Virus genome (UHGV): UHGV-0175543
Strand: one strand, 5' to 3'
Length of the DNA: 35,985 nt
Source of the DNA: a virus
Shown: in pieces, positions 25,694 through 35,333 of the stretch
Layout: the number at the start of each line of letters is the position of its first letter
How positions within the stretch are numbered: the first letter of the stretch is position 1
The notes under the pieces: model-generated
What the model was told of the DNA's origin: nothing
What the model saw: only the letters and a program-made list of their open reading frames with translations
The model's database searches: none
Program-made: the position numbers and the translations under genes

Positions 25694-28666
25694 GTGGCAG
25701 CAAACCTCGGAGTGGCATATGTGCAGATTGTGCCCTCAATGAAGGGCATGTCTAACTCGATAGCTAAAGAGTTAAATAATGTTGCTTCCGAGAAAACCTT
25801 TAAGAACACCTCCAAGGGGATTAAATCCTCGATAGGTGGGGCTTTCAAGGTTGCGGGTAAGGCCGGCCTGGTGGCTATGGGGACCGTTTCGGCGGCTATC
25901 ACCGGTATGGCTGCTAAGGGTGGTTTTACTAGGGCTCTCAATATCGAGAATGCTACCGCGAAGTTAAAGGGTCTTGGGCATTCTACTGCGTCGGTTAAAT
26001 CCATCATGGATTCGGCTAATGCCTCGGTGAAGGGCACGGCTTTCGGGTTAGACGCGGCAGCGACTTCCGCCGCAATGTTGTCTGCTGCCGGGATTAAATC
26101 CGGTAAAGACATGACCGCGTCACTTAAGAGCGTGGCTGATGTGGCGACTATTTCTGGTCGGTCGATGGAAGACGTGGGAATGATTTTCGCGTCTGTCGCA
26201 GCACGCGGGAAACTCCAAGGCGACGACCTCCTCCAGTTAACCTCCGCTGGCGTCCCCGTCTTACAGATGCTTAGTAAGCATCTTGGGAAGACCTCTGCTG
26301 AAGTTTCCGAGATGGTATCGAAGGGGCAGATCGATTTTGCCACCTTCCAGGCTGCTATGGAGGAAGGTATCGGGGGCGCGGCGCTTTCTTCTGGCGACAC
26401 TTTCACGGGCGCAATGGCAAATGTGAAAGCAGCACTGTCTAGGATCGGGCAAAAAGTTGCTACCCCGGCGTTAGAGTCGCTACGCCGCATTTTCGTGGCT
26501 CTTATCCCGCTGATTGATGCTATCGGTGAAGCCCTGGCTCCGCTGATTGAGAAGCTGGGCACGAAAATGTTGGCGGCAGCTGATAAGGCTGCCGGCGGTA
26601 TTGAACGGTTCACCGCATGGTTTACGGCGCTTAATACCGGCGGGTTGAAAACGTTTCTTGCGTCTATCCCGGTCGCTATCATGGGGCTTTCCCAGATGGG
26701 CTCGGCGTTCACTGTGCTCGGTGCTATCAAGAATGTTTTCTTTCCTCACAAGAAGGGCGCGGAAGAAGCCGGGAAAGCCATTACTAAAACTGCTGGCGAT
26801 GCTGAAAAGGTCGCAGGCAAGTTTAGCAGGCTAGCTACACGGATTGGGTCTGCTTTTGGTGGTGTCCCGGCACGTATCGGTGCAGCTTTCGCCAGGATTC
26901 CCGGCGTGGCTGGGATGGCTCTGCGCAGTATCCCGCGTATTTTTTCTTCCACGCTAGGACGCGTACCCGCCCTAATCGGCGGGATTTTCGGTAAGCTACC
27001 TGGTTTGATTGGTGGGGTCTTTGGCAAGATACCTGGCTTGATTGGGAGGATTCCGCAATTATTTAGTGCGTTGATTCCGTTGGTGTCACGTCTGGGTGGG
27101 GCTTTCCGGATGTTAGGCGCAACCATGATGGCTAACCCGTGGATGATCGCGGTCGCCGGGGCTGCAGCGTTAGGGGCTATGCTGCTTGCGACCGGCGGGG
27201 ACATGACCGTAATAACCGGGAAAATCGAGGCAGTTTCCGGGCAGATCGTTGGATTCATCAATAATCTCTCTGCGCAGCTACCTGGGATTATCAACTCGGT
27301 CGTGAGCGCTCTCACGGGGGTTATAACCCAGGTTGCCACCGTGCTGCCTAGCATTATTACGACTATCGTCCAAGCTATAGCAACCATGCTACCGATGCTG
27401 ATTAACGCAGCTACACAGTTGCTGCTTGGCCTAGTGCAGGCTTTCACCCTAGTGCTACCCCAACTTGTACAGGGAGTAGTCCAGCTGATTAACAGCCTGG
27501 TGCAGATTTTACCGACGCTCATCCCGGTGCTAATCCAAGGTGCTATCGCGCTTTTCATGGGGCTAGTGCAAGCGCTCACTCAAATCATTGCGCCGCTAAT
27601 GCAAGGATTAGTGCAGCTAGTGATCACACTGGTGCCTGTCCTAGTAGCGCTGGTGCCGGTACTCCTACAGGCAGCTATTCAATTGTTTATGGCTTTGGTG
27701 CAGGCATTAATCCCGATTATTCCCGCGCTAATCAACGGGCTAGTAACCCTGATTACCACGCTAATCCCAGCATTGATCGGGATGATTCCTGTATTAATAC
27801 AGGCTGCTATTCAACTGTTTATGGCACTGGTGCAGGCGTTGCCACAGATTATCCAGCCTCTTATCGGTGCGCTTATCAACATGGTCACAACCTTGGTGCC
27901 TGCGCTAATCGGGATGATCCCGGTACTGTTGCAAGCAGCCGTACAACTATTCATGGCACTGGTGAAAGCGCTACCACAGATAGTGGCAGCATTGATGGTT
28001 GCGCTTGCCCAGATGGGGCAACAAATATTCCATAAAATAGCCTCGCTCGGCCCCGGTATGCGCGCTAAAGCGATCCAAGCATGGAACGCGCTTAAAAACG
28101 CTTTTAGTTCTGGGATTACGAACGCGGTTAACTTGGTCAAGTCTCTACCCGGGAAAGCCCTAGGTGCTTTGGGAAATCTTGGCGGGGTGCTAATGAATTC
28201 GGGGCGCGCCCTAATAAACGGGTTCAAGAACGGAATCATGAACGCCTTCAGCTCTGTCACCTCTGCAGTCAAGGGCGGGCTCTCGAAGATCCGGAACTTG
28301 TTCCCGTTCTCTCCCGCGAAAGAGGGCCCGTTCTCTGGTAAAGGCTGGGTGCTCTATTCTGGGCTATCTATCGGTGACGCTATGGCTGAGGGGTTGGAAC
28401 GTTCCTCGCAGAACGCTATCGACCAAGCTAGGGAGTTGGCTACACGAACCAGGGCTGCCTTGGGGGATTTCAGTACCCAGGCGGCTTTTAATCTTGAAGC
28501 GCGCGCCGGTTATGGTTCGGGCTGGTCTGGTGGCGATCGCCCGGTCGTAGTCAATAACACGCTTAAGTCTGATGATCCTTCCCGGATGATGGGAATGTTG
28601 GCGCGGCGGCTGACGGGTGTGCCGGAGGTTTCTAGCCAGATTGGAGGAGCCGTAGCTTATGCCTAA
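25694..28666 (+). CDS. Tape measure protein
   Basis: AYVQIVPS N-terminus, tape-measure domain, 11-aa and ~40-aa hydrophobic repeats, PFSPAKEGP. Confidence 0.95.
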   Translation: MAANLGVAYVQIVPSMKGMSNSIAKELNNVASEKTFKNTSKGIKSSIGGAFKVAGKAGLVAMGTVSAAITGMAAKGGFTRALNIENATAKLKGLGHSTASVKSIMDSANASVKGTAFGLDAAATSAAMLSAAGIKSGKDMTASLKSVADVATISGRSMEDVGMIFASVAARGKLQGDDLLQLTSAGVPVLQMLSKHLGKTSAEVSEMVSKGQIDFATFQAAMEEGIGGAALSSGDTFTGAMANVKAALSRIGQKVATPALESLRRIFVALIPLIDAIGEALAPLIEKLGTKMLAAADKAAGGIERFTAWFTALNTGGLKTFLASIPVAIMGLSQMGSAFTVLGAIKNVFFPHKKGAEEAGKAITKTAGDAEKVAGKFSRLATRIGSAFGGVPARIGAAFARIPGVAGMALRSIPRIFSSTLGRVPALIGGIFGKLPGLIGGVFGKIPGLIGRIPQLFSALIPLVSRLGGAFRMLGATMMANPWMIAVAGAAALGAMLLATGGDMTVITGKIEAVSGQIVGFINNLSAQLPGIINSVVSALTGVITQVATVLPSIITTIVQAIATMLPMLINAATQLLLGLVQAFTLVLPQLVQGVVQLINSLVQILPTLIPVLIQGAIALFMGLVQALTQIIAPLMQGLVQLVITLVPVLVALVPVLLQAAIQLFMALVQALIPIIPALINGLVTLITTLIPALIGMIPVLIQAAIQLFMALVQALPQIIQPLIGALINMVTTLVPALIGMIPVLLQAAVQLFMALVKALPQIVAALMVALAQMGQQIFHKIASLGPGMRAKAIQAWNALKNAFSSGITNAVNLVKSLPGKALGALGNLGGVLMNSGRALINGFKNGIMNAFSSVTSAVKGGLSKIRNLFPFSPAKEGPFSGKGWVLYSGLSIGDAMAEGLERSSQNAIDQARELATRTRAALGDFSTQAAFNLEARAGYGSGWSGGDRPVVVNNTLKSDDPSRMMGMLARRLTGVPEVSSQIGGAVAYA

Positions 28667-29552
28667 TAACATGCAGCAGTCCCGGCAAGTGGTGATTTGG
28701 CAAGAGCAAGCCGCAAAGCTCGGCAGGTTAGTCTTTGGTGGCGTGGATAGTGATGGTGTCCAGTGGATCCTCACCGACATATCGGGGTTTTACGATATTG
28801 ATTTAGACGGTGAGACTGGCGCTAGGGCTTGGCGTGATGGCGACTGGGTAGGGAAAGGCTGGATACGCGGGCACCGATTCACCGTGAAAATCGCGGTCAA
28901 GACTGATGATAATCGCCCCGATCTAGTCACTAGAGCGGTGGAAGCGATAAAACGGGCGTTGCCGGTCCACACCCCTGCCCCGTTGATAGTTAAGGATAGG
29001 GATCGTGTCACAGCTGAGGACGTGATCTGCGAGGACAAGGTCAGGGTGATGCGTTGGCGTACGGCCGCGCATATCGAAATCCCGCTCCTAGCCCCTTCCC
29101 CGGTACGGTATGCCGTCGACTGGCAAACCGGGGCTATCGCGTGGGATGTGTACGAAACCGGGCTACCTAAAAAGTCGGGCGGTTTGCGGGTGCCTTTCAG
29201 GGTGCCTTTCATTATTAAATCGGAATCGGTGGCGGGCGAGCTGCGTTTTATCGTGGCGGGCTCGGCTCGTCCACTCTCTCAGATTGTTATTAGCGGCCCC
29301 GTGAAGAATCCTGTTATTAGGGATGCTTTCGCGGGCTGGCGGGTCGCGGTGAACCTGGATATTCAAGAGGGTGAGCGGCTAGTGATTGACCCGGGCGCTA
29401 GGACGGTGGAACTGAACGGGGCGTCGCGTAGGGGCGCTATTAGTGGGGGTTTCCCTGCGCTAGATGTCGGGGAGCACCTGGTGACGTGGTCAGCGGATGC
29501 GTTTTCGCCGGGTGCGAGGCTAAAAATACGGGTCGCGGAATCCTACCTATAA
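28659..29552 (+). CDS. Distal tail (Dit-like) protein
   Basis: First gene after the tape measure gene; GL..PF..PF and I.GP..NP.I motifs. Confidence 0.75.
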   Translation: MPNNMQQSRQVVIWQEQAAKLGRLVFGGVDSDGVQWILTDISGFYDIDLDGETGARAWRDGDWVGKGWIRGHRFTVKIAVKTDDNRPDLVTRAVEAIKRALPVHTPAPLIVKDRDRVTAEDVICEDKVRVMRWRTAAHIEIPLLAPSPVRYAVDWQTGAIAWDVYETGLPKKSGGLRVPFRVPFIIKSESVAGELRFIVAGSARPLSQIVISGPVKNPVIRDAFAGWRVAVNLDIQEGERLVIDPGARTVELNGASRRGAISGGFPALDVGEHLVTWSADAFSPGARLKIRVAESYL

Positions 29553-29571
29553 GAAAAGAGGGGTAAACATT

Positions 29572-30384
29572 ATGGCTGATGCTAGTAAAGATTTGTTGAT
29601 TCCGTGGGCGCTCGATGCTGGGACGGATAACGCGCCGGAATATACGGGCAGGGATTTGCGAGACCTTTTCGCCGTGTTTTTTGAGCCGCGCTCGGAGTCG
29701 GAGCCTTTCCAGGCCGCGCCGGGCATCCTGCGGGGCTGTACCGTGTCGGCTACCTCGACACAGGTCACAGTAGCCCCGGGGCATTGCATCGTAACCACGG
29801 CTAACGGCTCATATTTAACCGGGGTGAAGAACCTTGTCACCCTGCCGCTTTCCGCACCTCACGCGACTTTTAACCGCATCGACCTAGTGGTCTTGAGTAT
29901 TGAGGAAACGGCAGACAGCGGGCGGGGCGCGAAAATCCGGGTTATTGAGGGTACCCCGGCTAGCTATCCCAGTACCCCCGCTACACCTGACGGGGCTGTG
30001 GTGTTAGCTGAGGTGAGCGTTCGCCCAGCCGGTGACCCGCTACCTTTGCCAGGGGCGAAAGCCTCCCTAGCGGGGGCAGCTAAAAAAGAAGAAGAGCTGG
30101 AGGTTACAGAATACGCGCGCGGCAGCGGGGCGCAGTACGGGCAAATAAAAGGCACAGAGCTACCGGGCGGGGCAGTTCTAATAACCGTGGACGTCACGAT
30201 GAGCGGGAGCGGGAATATTATAGCGACCGGCATGTCTGGACTGTCACCCTGGTACGGGACTTTGGGAAATAGGTCGGATTTGTGGTGGTGCCAGCTCACT
30301 CGCAGCACCCTAACGGTCTTAGGTGATACCCCGCCGCAGGGGACGGAGCTTAAGGGTTCTTTTGTCGTGAAAAAGCAGGATTAG
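29572..30384 (+). CDS. Minor tail protein
   Basis: VAPG...RIDLVV...GTPA..P..P..P...LAEV.V motif. Confidence 0.75.
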   Translation: MADASKDLLIPWALDAGTDNAPEYTGRDLRDLFAVFFEPRSESEPFQAAPGILRGCTVSATSTQVTVAPGHCIVTTANGSYLTGVKNLVTLPLSAPHATFNRIDLVVLSIEETADSGRGAKIRVIEGTPASYPSTPATPDGAVVLAEVSVRPAGDPLPLPGAKASLAGAAKKEEELEVTEYARGSGAQYGQIKGTELPGGAVLITVDVTMSGSGNIIATGMSGLSPWYGTLGNRSDLWWCQLTRSTLTVLGDTPPQGTELKGSFVVKKQD

Positions 30385-30385
30385 A

Positions 30386-31453
30386 ATGTTTTTTTTGGCG
30401 TGTGATATTCAGACCGGCAGCATCCAGGCGGAACTGCCGCTCGCTTGCGGGGATTCTTTTGAGCGGGCGATGCAAACGATTTCTACCGCCGGGTTTAAGC
30501 TGCCGATTCATGACCCGGCATGCCCGAAAGGCTGGGAGAGCCTGATCACGCCTTGGCGATGGTGGATTATTGCGGTTCTTGATGATGGCACGATCTGTTG
30601 GGGCGGGATCATCACCGGGAGTAGCCGGGACGCCACTAGCGGGGTTGTGTCGCTCACCTGCTCATCGCCCGAGGACTATTTAGATAAGCGCTATACGCCC
30701 GCTAAGCGTTTCGATCAGGTAGACCAGTCCGATATTGCGGCGTGGCTAGTGGAGCAGGCTATCCCTGACGGGTTGCCATTCTTGATTGACGCGCCAGCGA
30801 GCGGGGTTAAGCGTGACCGGGAATACAATGACGACGACGCCGCCACCCTCTACAAGCGCCTAACCGATCTTTCGGGAGTTATAGGCGGCCCTGAATGGCA
30901 CATCTCGATTGAGTGGCAAGACCGGCAAAAACAATCCGCGATTATCCCGGTTTTCAAATGCGGCACACCCCGCATCGGTATAGCCACGGATGCCCCGCAG
31001 GCGGTGTTTGAGCTACCCGGCGGGCTGATTGAAGCCACCCTAGAAGAACGCTTTGGAGAATCAGAATACGCGACCCACGTCATGGCGGCGGGCGGTGGTG
31101 AGGGTGAAGACCGCCCGCTATCGTCCCCGATGATTGACGCCGCTAGGGAAAACGCGGGTTATCCCCGCGTGGAGGTGCGTAAAACTTTCGATTCGGTGAC
31201 TTTGAAGCCGACTTTGGACACTCACGCTAAAGGCTTGCTGGCGGCGCTCTCGGGTGGCGTGCAGGTCTTTACCCTGACGCAAAAGCTGGATGAGTATCCC
31301 CGCTTGGGTGTGGATTGGCATATGGGGGATGATGTGCGGCTCGTGATTGACACGGACTCGCTCAAGATTGACCGCAAAATCAGGGTCGTGGGCTGGTCGC
31401 TCGACCCCGCTAAAGAGCTGGTTAAGCCGTATGTTGCACAGATTGGGGGCTAA
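30386..31453 (+). CDS. Minor tail / baseplate hub protein
   Basis: WGGII, DQ.DIA, LSGVIGGPEW and DW.MGD.V motifs; tail module position. Confidence 0.75.
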   Translation: MFFLACDIQTGSIQAELPLACGDSFERAMQTISTAGFKLPIHDPACPKGWESLITPWRWWIIAVLDDGTICWGGIITGSSRDATSGVVSLTCSSPEDYLDKRYTPAKRFDQVDQSDIAAWLVEQAIPDGLPFLIDAPASGVKRDREYNDDDAATLYKRLTDLSGVIGGPEWHISIEWQDRQKQSAIIPVFKCGTPRIGIATDAPQAVFELPGGLIEATLEERFGESEYATHVMAAGGGEGEDRPLSSPMIDAARENAGYPRVEVRKTFDSVTLKPTLDTHAKGLLAALSGGVQVFTLTQKLDEYPRLGVDWHMGDDVRLVIDTDSLKIDRKIRVVGWSLDPAKELVKPYVAQIGG

Positions 31454-31456
31454 ACG

Positions 31457-32125
31457 TTGCTTGGTGATGGTGTTCCGCTCCCGGTGACGGCTGAAACCCC
31501 CGCCCGGATTTTACGCACCATAGAAAAAGAAAACTCCTACGGGGGGCGGCGGCTATCTTCCGCGACTATCTCTAAGGGCGGGGTGACGGTACGCGGGAAA
31601 GGCACCCTCGAAGTCCTCGACGGCGGAAGCCTCGAAATCGTCACCGGGAACCTCAAGCTGCTTGCTGGTACTCTCCCGGCCTCGGCGCTTAAAAATCATA
31701 TCTGGGTCACCATGAGCCAAACCGCGCGCGTCCCAGTGACGGCGCAAAAAGGGTGGCGAATCGGGCAATGGCACAAAGTGGGGGGCGTGGAGGTTACCGC
31801 CCCGGATTGGGCTAAAACCGGGATTATTTTCGCGGTTTGCCTTTACAAGGGACACGTGACTGACAATATAGCGGAGGGCGACGCGACAGAGGCGCGGATC
31901 CGCTCCAAGATTAATAGTATTCCTTGCCCTGAATATTCCGCTTTTATGAGCGCTTATGAGGATTTTCAGTGGGTGCATGTGGGGATGATGGACTGCCAGC
32001 CTATCCCGGTAACGCCCGGGCAGGCCGTAAGAGTGGAGCTTGAGCACACAATGAACGGTCTAGATTATGTTTTTTATGACCGGGGTCAGGCTGAGCTAAC
32101 CGCTTTCGCTTTATGGATGGGGTGA
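31457..32125 (+). CDS. Tail-tip protein, paralog 1
   Basis: TTG start; N-terminal ~80 aa align with 32132-32782. Confidence 0.7.
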   Translation: MLGDGVPLPVTAETPARILRTIEKENSYGGRRLSSATISKGGVTVRGKGTLEVLDGGSLEIVTGNLKLLAGTLPASALKNHIWVTMSQTARVPVTAQKGWRIGQWHKVGGVEVTAPDWAKTGIIFAVCLYKGHVTDNIAEGDATEARIRSKINSIPCPEYSAFMSAYEDFQWVHVGMMDCQPIPVTPGQAVRVELEHTMNGLDYVFYDRGQAELTAFALWMG

Positions 32126-32131
32126 AAATAC

Positions 32132-32782
32132 TTGTCTAATATTCCGTTACCGTCTGGCATAGATGCCGCGCAAAGACGATTCCGCGAAATACAATCCGCA
32201 ATTGACACGACCGGGACACGCACCCTAGAGGCTGCAACTATTAGCCAGGGGAACCTGCGGGTGCGGCACGGCGGCAATATCATTATCGGGGACGGTGGCA
32301 CCCTGAACATTTCGGGCGGGAACTTGAAGCTCGGCAAGGGCATTATTGAGGGCGCAGCACTGAAAGAGCAGATGGAAGCCACCCCGATTAATGCGCCGAC
32401 CTCCCAAGATTCCACGACAGTGTCTAAATCCTGGAAAACCATTCGCTCCGTGTCTGTCCCCGTCCCTGCTTGGCCGGATAAAGCCTTGCTGATTATTACG
32501 GGCACGGCAAGGATTAACTATTCCTCTTATGAAATGGCAACAGGCGCGGCGCGACTTTTGATTAATGGCACGCCATACGGCGAGGCCGGTATGAACTTTT
32601 CTTACGAGGCTAGCGACCACAATAACCAGGCTTTGACTTATGCGATGCCTATCGCGGCGCAAATCAACCTAGCGGGCGTGACGGCTCTAAAAATCGAGTT
32701 ACAGAATCATTTTAGCCGGTCAGCTACTTATGTGCGTACCTCGATTATGGGTGTCGCTATCTGGACACGTACCACGCAATAA
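32132..32782 (+). CDS. Tail-tip protein, paralog 2
   Basis: TTG start; shares ATIS.G...VR..G.....DGG.L.I..GNLKL..G with paralog 1. Confidence 0.7.
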   Translation: MSNIPLPSGIDAAQRRFREIQSAIDTTGTRTLEAATISQGNLRVRHGGNIIIGDGGTLNISGGNLKLGKGIIEGAALKEQMEATPINAPTSQDSTTVSKSWKTIRSVSVPVPAWPDKALLIITGTARINYSSYEMATGAARLLINGTPYGEAGMNFSYEASDHNNQALTYAMPIAAQINLAGVTALKIELQNHFSRSATYVRTSIMGVAIWTRTTQ

Positions 32783-32807
32783 AAACACACCATTTTAGGG
32801 AGGAAAT

Positions 32808-33173
32808 ATGGCTAAACCGCTTGCGCATGTGGACACTGAGACTAGGGAGCCTTTTATTATTATCGACGGCAAAAAATATCCGTTATCCGGGGCGTTTAAG
32901 CCGCCAAGTTTTAGTCTGAGCGCGAATTATTCCAACAATTGGAACGGATCGTTTTCTGTGCAAGCGCCCTATAAAGCCCCGGAGGGTTTCACTTTTCAGC
33001 TTTTCACTCTCAAAAGTACAGGCTTTACTCACGTGTCTACTAACGAATATAACCCGGGGACGGGCGTTATTTATGCGCGCGTATATCAGGGCGGGTCGAA
33101 TGCTGCCGGGAATCTTAGTCTTGTCGGTTGGCGGCTCGTGTCCTTGTCCGAAAACCCGAACCGTCTCCAATAG
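32808..33173 (+). CDS. Small beta-rich tail-associated protein
   Basis: GGAGG RBS; last part of the tail module. Confidence 0.65.
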   Translation: MAKPLAHVDTETREPFIIIDGKKYPLSGAFKPPSFSLSANYSNNWNGSFSVQAPYKAPEGFTFQLFTLKSTGFTHVSTNEYNPGTGVIYARVYQGGSNAAGNLSLVGWRLVSLSENPNRLQ

Positions 33174-33185
33174 AAAGGCATCAAA

Positions 33186-33574
33186 ATGAGTACCCCCCCC
33201 CGCTGATTCACGCCATGTCGACTAACTCTAAATATGAGGTCGAAAAAACCTGGCAGCTTATAGAACCATCTGGCGGATTCAAAGGCGTCCGCGTGGAAAA
33301 ACGCGGCAACCAGTACCGCATCCCCGGTTCCTGCCTCGTTAATTATGATTGTAAAGGCGCTGGGATAAGATTGATCGCTAATTTGCCGGCTGATATTCCC
33401 CGCCCTAAAAATGCCTGCCCCGCTATCTGCCTTGGAACATTTACCACGGGGGTGCGAATCATTTTTCCGCTGTGGGTAACCAATGACGGGCGGTTTGTGA
33501 TCTCCGTGAATACAGGCGGAACCGCTTTAATTTATTTCCCGGATATCGTCTGGTACTCGGACGAATGCGAATAG
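33186..33574 (+). pseudogene. Receptor-binding-type protein frameshifted at a C9 tract (phase OFF)
   Basis: TAGAAAGG RBS then ATG AGT ACC CCC CCC CGC TGA. One extra C gives a 129-aa MSTPPPLIHA... protein paralogous to 33588-33971. Confidence 0.75.
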
Positions 33575-33587
33575 AAAGGATTATATA

Positions 33588-33971
33588 ATGTCTACCCCCC
33601 CCCCGATTCTTCACGCCACCGCTAAGAACGCTGAAATGCTGACGCAAACCGAATGGCAAAATCTTACTCTGTCTACCGGCTGGGCTGCAGTGGGTGGTCA
33701 CACGCCTAGGGTCTGCAAAGTTGGTCAGATTATTTTTCTGACCGGCGCGGTACAACGTCAAGGCGGCGGCTACAAAACCAGCATCGCGACCATCCCGGCA
33801 GGGTACAGGCCGAGCGGAACCCAATTTATCGGTGCGGGAGTGAGTAGCCGTGGCACTCATTACGAGCTGTATCTAGACAACCAGGGCATTCTGAAAATCG
33901 ACGGCTACGAAAATATTGGCGACAGTGTAGGCATGATCTTACCAATAGCTGCCGGCTTCATCCTCATATAG
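33588..33971 (+). CDS. Receptor-binding-type tail domain protein with an in-frame C10 tract (phase ON)
   Basis: MSTPPPILHA; W.NLTL..GW...KVG..IFL.G...IATIPAGYRP tail-fibre-head-like pattern. Confidence 0.75.
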   Translation: MSTPPPILHATAKNAEMLTQTEWQNLTLSTGWAAVGGHTPRVCKVGQIIFLTGAVQRQGGGYKTSIATIPAGYRPSGTQFIGAGVSSRGTHYELYLDNQGILKIDGYENIGDSVGMILPIAAGFILI

Positions 33972-33993
33972 CTATCCCCAAAAAACTATTTTC

Positions 33994-34020
33994 AGCCCCG
34001 CAAATGCTCGGGGCTTTTTT
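33994..34020 (+). terminator. Intrinsic terminator
   Basis: AGCCCCG-N8-CGGGGCT followed by TTTTT. Confidence 0.75.
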
Positions 34021-34042
34021 CATACCCAAAAGGAGAAAACAA

Positions 34043-34204
34043 ATGCCAGAAAACCTAGACCCCTGCACGACTTGCGAGGGCTGCGAGGAAAACGCGGAAA
34101 TCTTGGAGGCATCCCCGCTACCAGAAGACGACGAAGAAAACGCCACCGACCTACCCCAAGCCCCCGACTCCGTGGCAAACCTAGACCAAGAGGAGGCCGA
34201 ATAA
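34043..34204 (+). CDS. Small acidic protein, 53 aa
   Basis: AAGGAG RBS; MPENLDPCTTCEGCEE...; TAATG overlap with the lysin. Confidence 0.6.
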   Translation: MPENLDPCTTCEGCEENAEILEASPLPEDDEENATDLPQAPDSVANLDQEEAE

Positions 34205-34986
34205 TGGCAACCGCAAACGATATTCTACGAATCGCGCGTTCCCAGCTCGGCTACACTGCCACCTCGACCAGCGGAAAGTTTTGCGACTGGTACGGACTCA
34301 AGGGTTACTGGTGCGCAATATTTGTGTCGTGGGTGGCGGCGCAAGCCGGAGCCACCGGGATTATCCCCCGCCACTGTTACACACCTAACGGGGCGCAATG
34401 GTTCAAAAGACAAGGCCGGTGGCATTCTGGGACGCGCGGCCTTACACCGGGCGATATTGTTTATTTCGATTTCGGTTTAGGCCGCATTTCGCATGTAGGG
34501 ATTTTTGAGGGCTGGAACCGCGGCCGGGTCGTGACTATCGACGGCAACACCGGGGCAGCTGGTGGGCGTTCTGGTGGGCGTGTGCTACGCCGCGCCCGTG
34601 CCCCGCGCTACGTAGTCGGGTACGGTCGCCCCGCATATGCAAACAGGCCCGCCGCTTCCGGTATCGCCGTGGATGGGTGGGCAGGGGCAGCGACTATCCG
34701 CCGCGCCCAACAACTCGCACGCACCCCTCAAGATGGCTATATTTCCGGGCAATGGAAAGGCAACCGCAAGGCTCATTGGGCGGTCGTGGTGATGCGGTAC
34801 GGGCGAGGAGGGTCAACCCTAGTGCGCCGTATCCAAGCCGCCGCCGGCGCCAAGCAGGACGGGCATTGGGGCAGGGATACGTCCCGCGCTATGCAACGCC
34901 GGCTGGGTGTCGCTGCGGATGGGTATTTCGGAAATCAGTCAGTCAAAGCCTGGCAGCGCGCATTAAATGCCGGGCGGCTAATCTAA
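34204..34986 (+). CDS. Endolysin (CHAP domain plus cell-wall-binding repeats)
   Basis: WCAIFVSW, SHVGI, IDGNT and repeated DG..G..T motifs; ATG 34204 with GGAGG RBS. Confidence 0.9.
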   Translation: MATANDILRIARSQLGYTATSTSGKFCDWYGLKGYWCAIFVSWVAAQAGATGIIPRHCYTPNGAQWFKRQGRWHSGTRGLTPGDIVYFDFGLGRISHVGIFEGWNRGRVVTIDGNTGAAGGRSGGRVLRRARAPRYVVGYGRPAYANRPAASGIAVDGWAGAATIRRAQQLARTPQDGYISGQWKGNRKAHWAVVVMRYGRGGSTLVRRIQAAAGAKQDGHWGRDTSRAMQRRLGVAADGYFGNQSVKAWQRALNAGRLI

Positions 34987-35006
34987 CAATTTTGGAGGTC
35001 AAAAAG

Positions 35007-35273
35007 ATGAATAATCGCTACACCTATACCGATACCCCGCGCCTCGCTGAATGGCTAACCCCCACCGTGCGGGCATGGGCATACTCAGTCGTAATCGCAA
35101 TAATCGCAATCCTAGGCGGGTACGGGGTCATAACCGACACCCTCGCCCCCCTCTGGGTCGCGCTCGCCGCCGCTTTGCTAGGACAAGGCGCGGCTTTGGC
35201 GCATACTCCTAAAAGAGTTACTGGCGATGATAGTAGCGATTCTTATGCTGGCACTCATCGCCTAGACCAGTAA
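35007..35273 (+). CDS. Holin
   Basis: Two TM helices, R.W.Y.V...L..YG motif; GGAGG RBS; follows the lysin. Confidence 0.8.
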   Translation: MNNRYTYTDTPRLAEWLTPTVRAWAYSVVIAIIAILGGYGVITDTLAPLWVALAAALLGQGAALAHTPKRVTGDDSSDSYAGTHRLDQ

Positions 35274-35295
35274 GCCAGGCAAAAGTTTAAGGCTT

Positions 35296-35333
35296 GCCCC
35301 ACCCTTTACCTGCGAAGGGTGGGGCGCTTTTTT
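35296..35333 (+). terminator. Intrinsic terminator
   Basis: GCCCCACCCTT/AAGGGTGGGGC stem followed by a T-run. Confidence 0.7.

Noticed and set aside
25669..28272. Long antisense ORFs opposite the tape measure gene
   Set aside because: Mirror frames of a repetitive hydrophobic gene, with no RBS or recognisable motifs.
33128..33185. ORF-track start for the 148-aa protein
   Set aside because: It lies inside the upstream gene without an RBS. The RBS and paralogy point to ATG 33186 with a frameshift.
31457..33971. Diversity-generating retroelement or invertible shufflon
   Set aside because: No reverse transcriptase or invertase, no near-identical TR/VR pair, and all cassettes are in the same orientation.
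34072..35006. Extended N-termini called for the lysin (34072) and holin (34677)
   Set aside because: RBS-supported starts are at 34204 and 35007. The extensions overlap other genes.
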